Part shown: positions 27,276 through 37,067 of the stretch, piece after piece
How positions within the stretch are numbered: position 1 is the stretch's first letter
How the letters are laid out: the number at the start of each line of letters is the position of its first letter
Sequence record: MT446416.1
DNA from: Escherichia virus TH47
Length of the DNA stretch: 64,000 nt
Direction: 5' to 3' (one strand)
The notes under the pieces: generated by a model
What the model was told of the DNA's origin: nothing
The model's input: the letters and a program-made list of their open reading frames with translations, nothing else
The model's database searches: none
Position numbers and translations under genes: made by a program

Positions 27276-27971
27276 TTAGACCCACTCTTCCACGCCACCG
27301 CGACGTTTGACGAGATACTTACCTTCTTCGTTGCGTGGACCAAGGATGATACCATCAATGAAACCATGTTCACCGTATTCGAGTGCTTCTTCAGCGTTCA
27401 ACCACAGGTCACGGTCAGCATCTTTCAGTAGTTGTTCGTGTGATACACCAACTGCTTCAGCAATTTCTTTCGTCAATAGTGTGTTCAATGCGTCAGAGTG
27501 TTTCAAAGAAATCTTCTGATCGGTAATCAGACCCTGAGTACCGGAACTCACTTGGTGACACATGAAGTAAGAACGCTTACCACCTAGACGGAAACCTTTA
27601 GTTCCAACTACTGATTGTGTATAGCAACCCATTGATGCTGCATAACCCATTACTACTGTACGGATAGGAGATACACAAGACTTAGCAATGTCAGCGATAC
27701 CCAAACCTGCGTGTACTGAACCACCAGGAGAACTAATGTAGAAGGTAATTGGTTCAGAACCCTGAGAATCCAACCACACCAATTGTTGCTTGATGATATG
27801 TGCCATTTGGTCATTGAAGTCAGTATCAAGGAAAATGATACGGTCTTGCATCATACGAGATGCTAGGTCATAAGTACGTTCTGCACCATTAACTTTTTCA
27901 ACTACATAAGGAATAGAAATGTTGCGAACTTCACCACCAGCATAACCACCAAAATTGAATTGTTCAACCAT
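27276..27971 (-). CDS. clpP: ATP-dependent Clp protease proteolytic subunit (ClpP-like)
   Basis: RIIFL...ISSPGGSVHAGLGI...GYAASMG...MCHQ matches the ClpP fold and Ser/His catalytic motifs; AGAGGA Shine-Dalgarno. Confidence 0.85.
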   Translation of the reverse strand: MVEQFNFGGYAGGEVRNISIPYVVEKVNGAERTYDLASRMMQDRIIFLDTDFNDQMAHIIKQQLVWLDSQGSEPITFYISSPGGSVHAGLGIADIAKSCVSPIRTVVMGYAASMGCYTQSVVGTKGFRLGGKRSYFMCHQVSSGTQGLITDQKISLKHSDALNTLLTKEIAEAVGVSHEQLLKDADRDLWLNAEEALEYGEHGFIDGIILGPRNEEGKYLVKRRGGVEEWV

Positions 27972-28030
27972 TGTTATTTTCCTCTATTGTTTCATTGATG
28001 TGAGTATTATATCACAGTGTTCGTATTTGT

Positions 28031-28414
28031 CTACAAGTTTCTTAAAAAATCTAGTAAACCGCAAATTGTATGTTTATTAAACATATCGTGGTCAATCTTT
28101 AACAACTTAACCATAGCATTATCATACACCGTAGAGTCGGTAATGTCAAACAAAGAATTTGTGTAATAACGTTCATTTTCTACATAAATGTATAATTCAT
28201 TTGATTTGTCAAGATCTTCATAGAAGTTAGCATCAAAGTACTCTGCATTTCCATCAATCCAAACCTCAACTGAATCATCATATAAGCAGTAGTTTCTTGC
28301 TTCTTTTGAATATATTTCCAGCTTTCTGGCTGCACTGGAGTAATGTTTATAACCATTAATCACGTACTTGATTTCATCATTGTACTCAATTATATATACA
28401 ACAACATTTTCCAT
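28031..28414 (-). CDS. hypothetical protein
   Basis: 127-aa ORF. Confidence 0.5.
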   Translation of the reverse strand: MENVVVYIIEYNDEIKYVINGYKHYSSAARKLEIYSKEARNYCLYDDSVEVWIDGNAEYFDANFYEDLDKSNELYIYVENERYYTNSLFDITDSTVYDNAMVKLLKIDHDMFNKHTICGLLDFLRNL

Positions 28415-28809
28415 CAGTACACCCCTATTGACGCAAGAGCATGAAGAAATTCATATCGTATACCAACTGGGATGTCATCAAAATCAATCTCAATCATTCT
28501 TAGTGAATTTGAAAATTGTTCGTATCTAAAGAACATATTAATTGATAAAGTACTGAATGGTAACACACCACCACGTCTATCATCATTAATTAGAACATAC
28601 ACCTTTCCCGTAAATGAATCTAAATCGTCTGCTTGTTTTACATCACTGGTGAAGTGATGCCTATCTTTCATCACAGTACCAGTACCATCAGGATTGTAGT
28701 ATTGGGTTTTGTCACAAGAGTATAGCATACGCATACCCAATCGTTGAAACATATAACAACTACCCAATATAACAAGCATTTTATCATCAATGTGAAGTGT
28801 ATGTATCAT
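28414..28809 (-). CDS. hypothetical protein
   Basis: 131-aa ORF. Confidence 0.5.
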   Translation of the reverse strand: MIHTLHIDDKMLVILGSCYMFQRLGMRMLYSCDKTQYYNPDGTGTVMKDRHHFTSDVKQADDLDSFTGKVYVLINDDRRGGVLPFSTLSINMFFRYEQFSNSLRMIEIDFDDIPVGIRYEFLHALASIGVY

Positions 28810-28818
28810 AACATTACC

Positions 28819-29610
28819 TTAGATTTCAAATACAAATTTAGGATCGTAATCGAAGTTCTCACATGCACCACTGTAAGATTCATAACCTCTTGGGTTACAA
28901 ATGATACGAGTTTTCCCAATATTGTAGTCAAAGCTACTATGAACGTGACCATGAATCCAAACATCAGCACCCAAATCTTCGATGTACTGGTCCATATCAG
29001 AACAATAACATCCATTCAGTGAGTCATTCTTGTATCTCGGAGATACACTCTGATAACTTGGTGCATGATGTGTTACCACCACAACCTTGAAATCATTATC
29101 ATTCATTAGACGAACTGTGTCAACTGAATTTTTGATAAATTGTTTATCCTGATAATGCATGAACTCAACATCATCAGGTTTGAACTTACGTTTCCACGGT
29201 TCTGATGTTGTTCCATGACGAATGTGTTTATAATCATTCATCTTTTGTTGAGCATCAAACTTAACCAGTGCATTGCCTTTATCAAAGTCAGTCCACAGTG
29301 TACTACCAACCAGCAGTACACCATCCAGCCATACAAATTTGTTTTGCAAAAAGATGAAATTTGGAATCTCATCTTGCATATCGGACAGTACTTTATTAGT
29401 CTTGTGAATGTTTGAACCGTAGTACTCATGATTACCAGGAACCAGTACTACATTTTTGAACTGCTTACACAGTGATTCGATACCAGTACGGTAACGACTG
29501 CGTTTAACTTCATCGAAGTCCCCAGCAATGATCAGTACTGTATCACTGTAATCACCACTATGGAGGTAATCAGTTCCACCGTGTACATCAGATGTTACGA
29601 CAAATTTCAT
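28819..29610 (-). CDS. calcineurin-like metallophosphoesterase
   Basis: DVHG, GDFD, GNHE and HGHVH motifs; start moved to the ATG at 29608-29610 with GGAGGT Shine-Dalgarno. Confidence 0.7.
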   Translation of the reverse strand: MKFVVTSDVHGGTDYLHSGDYSDTVLIIAGDFDEVKRSRYRTGIESLCKQFKNVVLVPGNHEYYGSNIHKTNKVLSDMQDEIPNFIFLQNKFVWLDGVLLVGSTLWTDFDKGNALVKFDAQQKMNDYKHIRHGTTSEPWKRKFKPDDVEFMHYQDKQFIKNSVDTVRLMNDNDFKVVVVTHHAPSYQSVSPRYKNDSLNGCYCSDMDQYIEDLGADVWIHGHVHSSFDYNIGKTRIICNPRGYESYSGACENFDYDPKFVFEI

Positions 29611-29624
29611 AATTACCTCCGTAG

Positions 29625-30482
29625 TTATTTTATTCTTACCCCACCCCAATTCTCATATATTTCAATGATTTTGTCAATGTCTAAAGGTGATGTGGTTTCG
29701 GTATATCCGTCTTTCATTTCACGAGCATCAAGTACATGTGAAAAAGTTCTTTTACATTCAGCTTCTGCTGATTTACATAACGTGACCGATTCAAACTCCC
29801 ATACGCCACAATTATTAACATCATAGATGGAATGTTTATTTTGGGATTTTTCTCTGGTTGTATAATTATTGGCAATACCATATTTTAATGCAATAGGAAC
29901 CCCACTGTCAAGTACTAAATTTATGTAACATTGTTGTTGGTTGTTTCCATTACATGAACACGACACTTTACCACTTTTGAGATTACCCTGTTGACATTCA
30001 CATACATCTCCACATACTGGACATTTATAAAACCAAAATATCGGATGTCCATGATTATTCAAACGCTTAGATCTCCAAAACTTTGTACATGGATGGTATT
30101 TGCCAGTACTAAGAAAATCGTTTATATGAATATTATCATCAAACAATCTACTCTGGCCTATTCTTTCATTACCACAATCATTACATGCTTTGTCATGAAA
30201 CAGTAAATTGTCAATAGATGTTGTATTCCAGTATCCATGTTTTTTGCAATGCATTTTTAAATGCACCAACCCTTTTTGACGCACGGAATCCCATGAATCG
30301 TAAAAACCAAGGAAAGTATATCCTAACTGATTGCATTTTTCATAAACTTTCATCGTATATTGATATTTTGTCTTTTTAGATGAATTTGAACAATCACATC
30401 CTATTTTACCTTTTGAAATATTACTTTTCATTGATGCAAATATTCCAGTTCCGTGACATTTTAGGATTTTGTTTACATACAT
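29625..30482 (-). CDS. Cys-rich zinc-ribbon protein with C-terminal T5orf172-like (GIY-YIG-related) domain; putative nuclease
   Basis: Multiple CxxC pairs; C-terminus ...ALKYGIANN...DGYTET resembles the T5orf172 domain; start uncertain (ATG at 30482 or 30431); overlaps the 30421-30705 ORF. Confidence 0.4.
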   Translation of the reverse strand: MYVNKILKCHGTGIFASMKSNISKGKIGCDCSNSSKKTKYQYTMKVYEKCNQLGYTFLGFYDSWDSVRQKGLVHLKMHCKKHGYWNTTSIDNLLFHDKACNDCGNERIGQSRLFDDNIHINDFLSTGKYHPCTKFWRSKRLNNHGHPIFWFYKCPVCGDVCECQQGNLKSGKVSCSCNGNNQQQCYINLVLDSGVPIALKYGIANNYTTREKSQNKHSIYDVNNCGVWEFESVTLCKSAEAECKRTFSHVLDAREMKDGYTETTSPLDIDKIIEIYENWGGVRIK

Positions 30483-30705
30483 CACATTGTTCAAAATACA
30501 TCTTAGTATAACCACCGACACCGGTTCTGACGAAACCAATTATAGAATCGTGGTTTGAACAATACTCATCAGTTTCAAGATTATTAATATCAAAATTTTT
30601 GGGAAGCCATTTGTATTTTTCTTCCCAAATTTTATATGATATTAATAATGGATCTCCGCTATTATATAAATTGAAATAATCCGTTATTTCTTTATCAATT
30701 TTCAT
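30421..30705 (-). CDS. hypothetical protein (possibly the frameshifted N-terminal part of the downstream Cys-rich gene)
   Basis: 94-aa ORF overlapping the next ORF by 62 nt in another frame. Confidence 0.35.
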   Translation of the reverse strand: MKIDKEITDYFNLYNSGDPLLISYKIWEEKYKWLPKNFDINNLETDEYCSNHDSIIGFVRTGVGGYTKMYFEQCDVCKQNPKMSRNWNICINEK

Positions 30706-32120
30706 TACTTTATAGAATTTAGTAGTTTAGTACTGAATACTTCAATTGAACTCTCTTTAATTTCAAGGATTCGTTCGAAGCTATCACCAGTATCTTTATC
30801 ATCACGTATACAATCAAATACAGGTAAAAACAAACTTGGTTCATTAGTTCTTTTATCATATACAATATCATTACAAATACAAGTTACAATTTTGTCATAT
30901 AATGAATTTCTGTTATTCCATATATCATCCAACATTTCATCAGTGAACCCAGTACCACAATTTGTTTTTAGAGTACCACATTCAGATTGAAGTGTCAATG
31001 CACCAAGTGTTCCTTTTCGTTTACCTGAACCTTCAATAAAATCTACAATACGCAAATCAACCTCCATTTTCAACTTCACTTTTAGGCACGTTGGTGATGT
31101 GTGTGATTTAAATACAGAGTCACAACTTTTAATAATACTACCCTCTTCACCACGTGACATTAGTTCAGTATTGTAATCAAATGCATCTTTGAAATTTTTG
31201 AATTTTTTAAATTCAACCATACGAACAAATGTATTATTAACTTCTGAAATGGCTTTGACTAAATGTTCTCTGCGTTCTATTAGTTTGCAATTCCATGAAC
31301 CATTATTATAATTATCTAATGGTATTGCATCCCATAAACAAAATGCCACACTTTGTGCTTCCAATAAAGTTATAGTATTTTTGCCATCACCAGCTTTGGA
31401 AATTATACCATTATTATATGTTCGGGGCATTACAGTTTCACCATCTTCACCACCAAGACACACACCCTCACCAATCAATGCAATACCATTAGCATACACA
31501 GGATCAATTTTAGCTAATTCCGAAGCAATAGCATTCAAAACATCATCTTTTGTTCCAAGAAAATCATATACTTTTGCATTTCTACTGGTGGTTACAATTA
31601 CACCATTTTTGATAGTGTGTGCAAGATAAGTTCCATCCATTTTAACATCGCTGTAAAAATAATCATAATCTTTTAAGTTGATGTTTTTAATAGTTTTCTC
31701 GGTAAGAAGACTACAACGCTGGTATGGAACTTCTGAAATAAAGCCTTTACCGAATACATCATTACAGTTCTTTTCCTGAATACCACAATCAAGGTTCTTG
31801 GTAAGCATTTTACGAAGAACTTCCTGATCATCTTCAGAAACAGCACCCAGTACTGAAGCAATGAAGTCACGTCCAGCATTTCCGGTCACACCACGTTTGT
31901 AAATGCATTCTAGCTTATCAATAGCTTCGTCTAATGTCATATGTTGATATACATCATCAGCTTGTGGTAGCTTTTTATACCCACTTACAATTGAAGGGTC
32001 TAGTGTATATTTCAGTACTTTTTGTAATGTTTGGTTATCTTTGTTTTGTTCAAGGATAGCTTTTTTACCCAGAGTACTGCTAGTATTTTTAATGCTTTCA
32101 AGAATTGCTAAAATGCTCAT
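30705..32120 (-). CDS. ATP-dependent DNA ligase (T4 gp30-like)
   Basis: N-terminus MSILAILESIKNTSSTLGKKAILEQNKDN parallels T4 ligase as I recall it; nucleotidyltransferase motif I VKMDGTY. Confidence 0.85.
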   Translation of the reverse strand: MSILAILESIKNTSSTLGKKAILEQNKDNQTLQKVLKYTLDPSIVSGYKKLPQADDVYQHMTLDEAIDKLECIYKRGVTGNAGRDFIASVLGAVSEDDQEVLRKMLTKNLDCGIQEKNCNDVFGKGFISEVPYQRCSLLTEKTIKNINLKDYDYFYSDVKMDGTYLAHTIKNGVIVTTSRNAKVYDFLGTKDDVLNAIASELAKIDPVYANGIALIGEGVCLGGEDGETVMPRTYNNGIISKAGDGKNTITLLEAQSVAFCLWDAIPLDNYNNGSWNCKLIERREHLVKAISEVNNTFVRMVEFKKFKNFKDAFDYNTELMSRGEEGSIIKSCDSVFKSHTSPTCLKVKLKMEVDLRIVDFIEGSGKRKGTLGALTLQSECGTLKTNCGTGFTDEMLDDIWNNRNSLYDKIVTCICNDIVYDKRTNEPSLFLPVFDCIRDDKDTGDSFERILEIKESSIEVFSTKLLNSIK

Positions 32121-32131
32121 TGTATATTCCC

Positions 32132-33334
32132 TTATAGATAATACTTTCCAATGTAAAGTGTATTACTTAGTGATAGCTGGACGTGACAAGGTTTTTCTTG
32201 GTAGTAACGAGTTGATGATGTTTTATTTTCTGTTGGTGGGAAGAAAGGAGAACGGTATCCATTCCATGTACCAAATGATACATGTTCGTTTAAATCCACA
32301 TCCATTGTCATAATGCCATTAGCATCAATTTCAACTGGATACGCACTGTATCGTTCAAATACATCAGTGTATTGAAGAATATAATCACCATTACGACCAT
32401 AATAACTTCTGGTTGTATTGTTCTTTACACCAAAGAAAACACGATATGCCTGTTCATCAACTTTACACATGAACGGTACGTTCTCGTTGAATCGTCCATT
32501 ACTCATTATATCATCAGGATTGATTTCTTCGTACTTTACTTTCAAATCTTGTGCTTTAAACGACTTATCACTTATCAGTACTGGAATATTGCTTTCACAT
32601 AATGGGTTACTGCGATTTCGTTGGATATTTTGCCAGAATGCATTAGCTTTAACAATTTCATCTTGAACTGTAGTTTTTACATTCAGTGCAGCACTTGGTT
32701 CTAACGCATAAGTTTCAAGACGAGCATTAAGAGCATATGTCCCACGAGTAGTATTATATACTAAGTGATACTTGGAACTCTTATCAGAAAATGAAAACTC
32801 TTTAGTTTTCTTGATACAAATAGCATTTACTTTACCACAATAATAGTAATCTTCCTTATTGTGTCTAAAACCATCACCCACTTTCAATTTAGAAACAACT
32901 TCTTTTTGATGTTCTTTCTTATTCTCCTTCTCAACCAATTTAGCAAAGGTTTTAGTTTTACCGTTAATTAGTTCTAAACTATTATTAAAGAACATAGGTT
33001 CAACAAATACACCCTTAACAATATCATTGTTGATGATAAGGTCGTTCATGTTTTTAGCACTCACCAAGAACTCGAAACCTTCAGGGTGACGTATGGTGAA
33101 GTATGTTTCACGAGCATGAACAGTGAGCTTATGTACCACAGAAAACCCAATTGTAGGCACATTATCAATCCATAGTGACGGTAGATTGTTTTTCTTAGCC
33201 CAGTACTCGGCCTTTTCTTTTTTAGTCTCAAACGCTTTTGTGTGTGATTTTGTGGCATCTATAATATAACCAGTAACTTGGTTATGATTTACATATGAAC
33301 GAGCCACAAATAACTTCTCTGGAAAATCCATCAA
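32132..33334 (-). CDS. hypothetical protein (400 aa)
   Basis: Large ORF; no motif recognised. Confidence 0.55.
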   Translation of the reverse strand: MMDFPEKLFVARSYVNHNQVTGYIIDATKSHTKAFETKKEKAEYWAKKNNLPSLWIDNVPTIGFSVVHKLTVHARETYFTIRHPEGFEFLVSAKNMNDLIINNDIVKGVFVEPMFFNNSLELINGKTKTFAKLVEKENKKEHQKEVVSKLKVGDGFRHNKEDYYYCGKVNAICIKKTKEFSFSDKSSKYHLVYNTTRGTYALNARLETYALEPSAALNVKTTVQDEIVKANAFWQNIQRNRSNPLCESNIPVLISDKSFKAQDLKVKYEEINPDDIMSNGRFNENVPFMCKVDEQAYRVFFGVKNNTTRSYYGRNGDYILQYTDVFERYSAYPVEIDANGIMTMDVDLNEHVSFGTWNGYRSPFFPPTENKTSSTRYYQEKPCHVQLSLSNTLYIGKYYL

Positions 33335-33750
33335 ACAGTCCTCATTGTACTAATTGCTTTTAATGTGTTAAACAATGCACCATATTTTACTTGCATTAGT
33401 TGATCCCCAGCAGGAAGATTCATACGCATAACAGACATGTCTTCAACCATTTCAGATGTACACAGTACTGCTACACATGTAGTTGCATCATTTAATCCGG
33501 CTTCATTGAATTTAGCGAATGGCACTTTTCCCTGCTTACAAAGGTCATCATAATAAGAATTTAACTTATCATGACCGCCAGCATTTAGTACTACAATAGT
33601 TTCGTGGTCATAATACCATTCATCAATAATAGTACTGAAAGCAGTACCTTCATATTCTTTAATTAGTTTTACGCCAGCATGAAATGCTTGAATTCCTGCT
33701 TGTACACCTTGGCAGTACATGTTTGTTAAGCAATATAATTTCATTTCCAT
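33331..33750 (-). CDS. hypothetical protein
   Basis: 139-aa ORF. Confidence 0.5.
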   Translation of the reverse strand: MEMKLYCLTNMYCQGVQAGIQAFHAGVKLIKEYEGTAFSTIIDEWYYDHETIVVLNAGGHDKLNSYYDDLCKQGKVPFAKFNEAGLNDATTCVAVLCTSEMVEDMSVMRMNLPAGDQLMQVKYGALFNTLKAISTMRTV

Positions 33751-33968
33751 ACCTCTTGTTTTTCTACAAACCCTTTACCATCACAATGTGGACAAGCATA
33801 ATAACTGCGATAGTCTTCAGATGGTACTTGTTGTGTTCCATTACATGTAGGGCATACTTTACGTGCACCAGAAATAATACGTTCATGATGTTCAGCTTGT
33901 TTCGCTGAATCAAAAATACGACCATCTTCAGTTTGGTATTTTTCTACCATAACTTGAATTACTTTCAT
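33741..33968 (-). CDS. small zinc-ribbon protein
   Basis: CPTCNG...CPHCDG. Confidence 0.45.
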   Translation of the reverse strand: MKVIQVMVEKYQTEDGRIFDSAKQAEHHERIISGARKVCPTCNGTQQVPSEDYRSYYACPHCDGKGFVEKQEVWK

Positions 33969-33978
33969 TTCTATTTCC

Positions 33979-34557
33979 TTATAAAAATGTTAAATCTTCA
34001 GTACTTAATTGTGATAATTTGCCATCATATTCAACTTCAACATATATTGTTTGGTCTGAAATTATAACTACTCTTCTAATAACACCATAAACCACGACAT
34101 TTTTGTTGTAATGGAATTTAACCTCTGCACCAATAAGTTTTTTTGATAGGAAGTTACGTACCTGTTTGATCTGGTCGGCAAGTATAGAATTGATGGTTTT
34201 TTTCATAATATATAAATCATACAATGATTTTTTAATATCATCATGCATATTATTAACTTTTGGATCAGTTTCATCAAGTGCATTGTGAACATTCACTTGC
34301 ATTTGAACTTCAACTTTAAGTTCTTCTTGTTCTTCAGGAATAACTTTTTCAGGTTCTGGTGTAACCTGATCACGTTTATCATTAATCATGAAGTTGATAT
34401 TACGTTCACCAAGTACTAATAAAGTAACAATGGTGAGTACTGGGGTCAGTACTAGACTAAGTAGTACATAGCCGATAACACTACGGTTGTAATTGTAGGC
34501 AAGCATACCTGCAATGACTACACCTAGTACACTAATAACTGCTGCGATTGTTAACAT
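33979..34557 (-). CDS. membrane-anchored protein
   Basis: Two N-terminal hydrophobic helices followed by a charged region. Confidence 0.5.
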   Translation of the reverse strand: MLTIAAVISVLGVVIAGMLAYNYNRSVIGYVLLSLVLTPVLTIVTLLVLGERNINFMINDKRDQVTPEPEKVIPEEQEELKVEVQMQVNVHNALDETDPKVNNMHDDIKKSLYDLYIMKKTINSILADQIKQVRNFLSKKLIGAEVKFHYNKNVVVYGVIRRVVIISDQTIYVEVEYDGKLSQLSTEDLTFL

Positions 34558-34870
34558 ATTCTACTCCTTTGTATATAAATTTACCAATATCTTCGATGTA
34601 TAAACAGATTCCACCGCGTTCGTTTAACACAAGCCAATCACCAAAACCGCAACGAATGTTTTGTATATTAAATTCTTCAATACCATCCGGTGAATACGCA
34701 ATGAATGGACATATTTCATCTGATATACCATTTACATAGTTATTACATATTAAATCAAATGTATGTGAACTATAAGAATTATCAGTACTGAAAATGTGCA
34801 TTAATGAATTAGATAGAATTACTATTGTTTTTTCCCACATTTTTAAAAAATCGTTATTCACAACAACCAC
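34532..34870 (-). CDS. hypothetical protein
   Basis: 112-aa ORF. Confidence 0.45.
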   Translation of the reverse strand: MVVVNNDFLKMWEKTIVILSNSLMHIFSTDNSYSSHTFDLICNNYVNGISDEICPFIAYSPDGIEEFNIQNIRCGFGDWLVLNERGGICLYIEDIGKFIYKGVEYVNNRSSY

Positions 34871-34918
34871 TCCATGTCAGTGTCGTAATGAAATTATATC
34901 ACCGAATCAAGATATGTC

Positions 34919-35224
34919 TCATGAGATTCGCATTTCATCCAGATATAAACTACATGCTTCGAAATTGTTGTCAGCACTTAAACCTAAATCAACCATCAGA
35001 CCACAATGCGTTCCACAGAATTTCTTTATGTATAGTTTCTTATTGTTTGTACCTAAGTCATAAACATATTCATTTTCGAAAATAGTTTTTAAATCATTAC
35101 AAATACTTTTTACTATCTTCATTACATCATTATGATACTCATATGGTATTCCATCTAGTTCATTAATGATAATAGCAAAACCATTGTCATAGAGCTTTAA
35201 TTTATTGAATGTATATGTATCCAT
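34919..35224 (-). CDS. hypothetical protein
   Basis: 101-aa ORF. Confidence 0.45.
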   Translation of the reverse strand: MDTYTFNKLKLYDNGFAIIINELDGIPYEYHNDVMKIVKSICNDLKTIFENEYVYDLGTNNKKLYIKKFCGTHCGLMVDLGLSADNNFEACSLYLDEMRIS

Positions 35225-35530
35225 TTAATATATAATCTCACTAGCTTCTGTTGTGTAAATGCCATTATCAGTCATTACCCTTACTGCAATCTTTATGTTT
35301 TTACCCATTTTGGCAACTATCAAACCAATGATAATACCATCCATCTCAAACTTATTATTTCCAGCAGGATATCTAACTTTAATTTTAATTTTATTATCAA
35401 TCAAGTATCTACGGATGATGTGGATTTCTGTTCTGAATAAATCCAAAAGAACTTCGCTCTGTTCCTTATCAGAACCATCAGCACAGCTATACAATAAATT
35501 TACTTGTTCAAATAATTTTTTTATATTCAT
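35225..35530 (-). CDS. hypothetical protein
   Basis: 101-aa ORF. Confidence 0.45.
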   Translation of the reverse strand: MNIKKLFEQVNLLYSCADGSDKEQSEVLLDLFRTEIHIIRRYLIDNKIKIKVRYPAGNNKFEMDGIIIGLIVAKMGKNIKIAVRVMTDNGIYTTEASEIIY

Positions 35531-35829
35531 AAAAAACTCACAGATTTAATATTACTAGTTGTATGTTTAAACACAGTATTATCAAACTTGTAAACAATAG
35601 TATTAAGAGATTTATAAAAATTAACATCAGTTATTACTGCTTTGGAACCATTGATTAAACACGATGATGACGGTAATTTATTTTCTAATATATTCTTTTC
35701 ATCTGAACAAAGTGTTCCAATACAATCATAATATAAAGGTTCACCAACTTTATCAGTACTAAGAAAATCGAAAGCAAGATCATCTATTAGTTTTATGTAT
35801 TTGAATAAATCTTGATAGTACTCATTCAT
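35527..35829 (-). CDS. hypothetical protein
   Basis: Start moved to the ATG at 35827-35829 with AGAGGA Shine-Dalgarno. Confidence 0.45.
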   Translation of the reverse strand: MNEYYQDLFKYIKLIDDLAFDFLSTDKVGEPLYYDCIGTLCSDEKNILENKLPSSSCLINGSKAVITDVNFYKSLNTIVYKFDNTVFKHTTSNIKSVSFL

Positions 35830-36082
35830 GGTCGATCCTCTTGAATTTAGCATTATTCGAATAAGTATATGAATGTCCAAAATCATTTACACCATGCACA
35901 TTCAATACACCGTCGATGAAATAGATTCGGTCGATTGTTAGTTCACGTTTATAATCTGAATTATCATACCAACACAGAACACGAATACCTTTGTACTTTG
36001 TAGTTAGCTCTTTTTCTAAATCAGTAATTAGACTATTGATAAGATTACCTATCTGTGTTATATCTGTGTGAAATTTATCCAT
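35822..36082 (-). CDS. hypothetical protein
   Basis: 86-aa ORF. Confidence 0.45.
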   Translation of the reverse strand: MDKFHTDITQIGNLINSLITDLEKELTTKYKGIRVLCWYDNSDYKRELTIDRIYFIDGVLNVHGVNDFGHSYTYSNNAKFKRIDHE

Positions 36083-36271
36083 TACAATAATCCTCTCACA
36101 TAAAACATTGATGAAAATAGATAATCATCAGTACTGGAATTTAGTAGTTTATCAAAATTATAATTTTTATGTTTATTTTCATACAAAGACATTCTATAGA
36201 ATCTTTCTATATTTTCTAAGTAGTCTTTTCGCAATAACATCTGTGTTGTTACATTCACTATAATGTACCTT

Positions 36272-36301
36272 AAAAGAAAAAGGGACCAAATTATGATCCC
36301 T
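36272..36301 (-). terminator. rho-independent terminator
   Basis: AGGGA...TCCCT hairpin followed on the minus strand by TTTTTCTTTT. Confidence 0.45.
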
Positions 36302-36326
36302 CAAAAATTATAATCCATAAAAATAT

Positions 36327-37067
36327 TCATTCTCTCCACTTTTGACCACGTTGCCAATCTGGATCATTCAAACGTGGGTCATTTTCATTTTGTGTATTAG
36401 TAACTTTACCACTTTTATGAACTAACCAAATTCGTTTTGACGCGACCGAAGAATATTTTTGTTTTTGAACATCAGTTCTCTTTTTACCAGTGTTTGATTT
36501 CTTTATATTGTTGGACCATGATGTTTTTTCTTCATCTGTCATTTTATATGTACAGGGTTTACCATGCATAGGATTTTTATCTCCAGGGAAACAACCTTTC
36601 ATCCTCTGACTCATTTGAATACGTGTTTCTTCTGATACAGATTTACCTTTATTCCAAGCCACAACACCTGAAGAATATCGCTTCTTTTGTGCCGTTGATA
36701 TTTGTTTTTTCCAATTTTCTTTATCAATTACGCCGTAGCCACCTTCTCCACCACGTTTGATGTTATATGTGTCGCTTCTTTGTATAAATTGTTCATTAAC
36801 AATTTCTCTTTCTTTGTTATACATTTCTTCTTTATTATCAAAAATATAAAGTATTTCTTTATTGAATTTTTCAATTCCATATTTCTTAATGGATTTCTTT
36901 ATCAGAACACCTGAACCCATATATTCATCATTTATGTCATCAGTCATATGAGCACCAATATAAATTTTATTATTAATTAAATTGGTTATTTTATATATAA
37001 TATAATAGTGCATATAGAAAGTCCTTTTTGTCATATATGCACTATTTATTTTATCAAAAACGTCCAA
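36327..37067 (-). CDS. free-standing GIY-YIG homing endonuclease (Seg-like)
   Basis: YYIIYKITNLINNKIYIGAH...YMGSG GIY-YIG motif; repeated basic DNA-binding-like modules in the C-terminal half; contains no AGTACT. Confidence 0.7.
   Translation of the reverse strand: MDVFDKINSAYMTKRTFYMHYYIIYKITNLINNKIYIGAHMTDDINDEYMGSGVLIKKSIKKYGIEKFNKEILYIFDNKEEMYNKEREIVNEQFIQRSDTYNIKRGGEGGYGVIDKENWKKQISTAQKKRYSSGVVAWNKGKSVSEETRIQMSQRMKGCFPGDKNPMHGKPCTYKMTDEEKTSWSNNIKKSNTGKKRTDVQKQKYSSVASKRIWLVHKSGKVTNTQNENDPRLNDPDWQRGQKWRE

Noticed and set aside
22792-30539. Long N-terminal extensions proposed by the ORF track (for example 22792-23454, 28819-29649, 26486-26986, 26934-27263, 47090-47398, 48737-49369, 60828-61412)
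   Set aside because: The track often begins ORFs at TTG or GTG or at an ATG that creates 40-75-nt overlaps; an internal ATG with a Shine-Dalgarno or an ATGA stop/start overlap gives a more parsimonious start.
32132-33334. Assigning the 400-aa protein as RNA ligase 2 or an ADP-ribosyltransferase
   Set aside because: No KxxG adenylation motif or ART catalytic motif could be identified; left as hypothetical.
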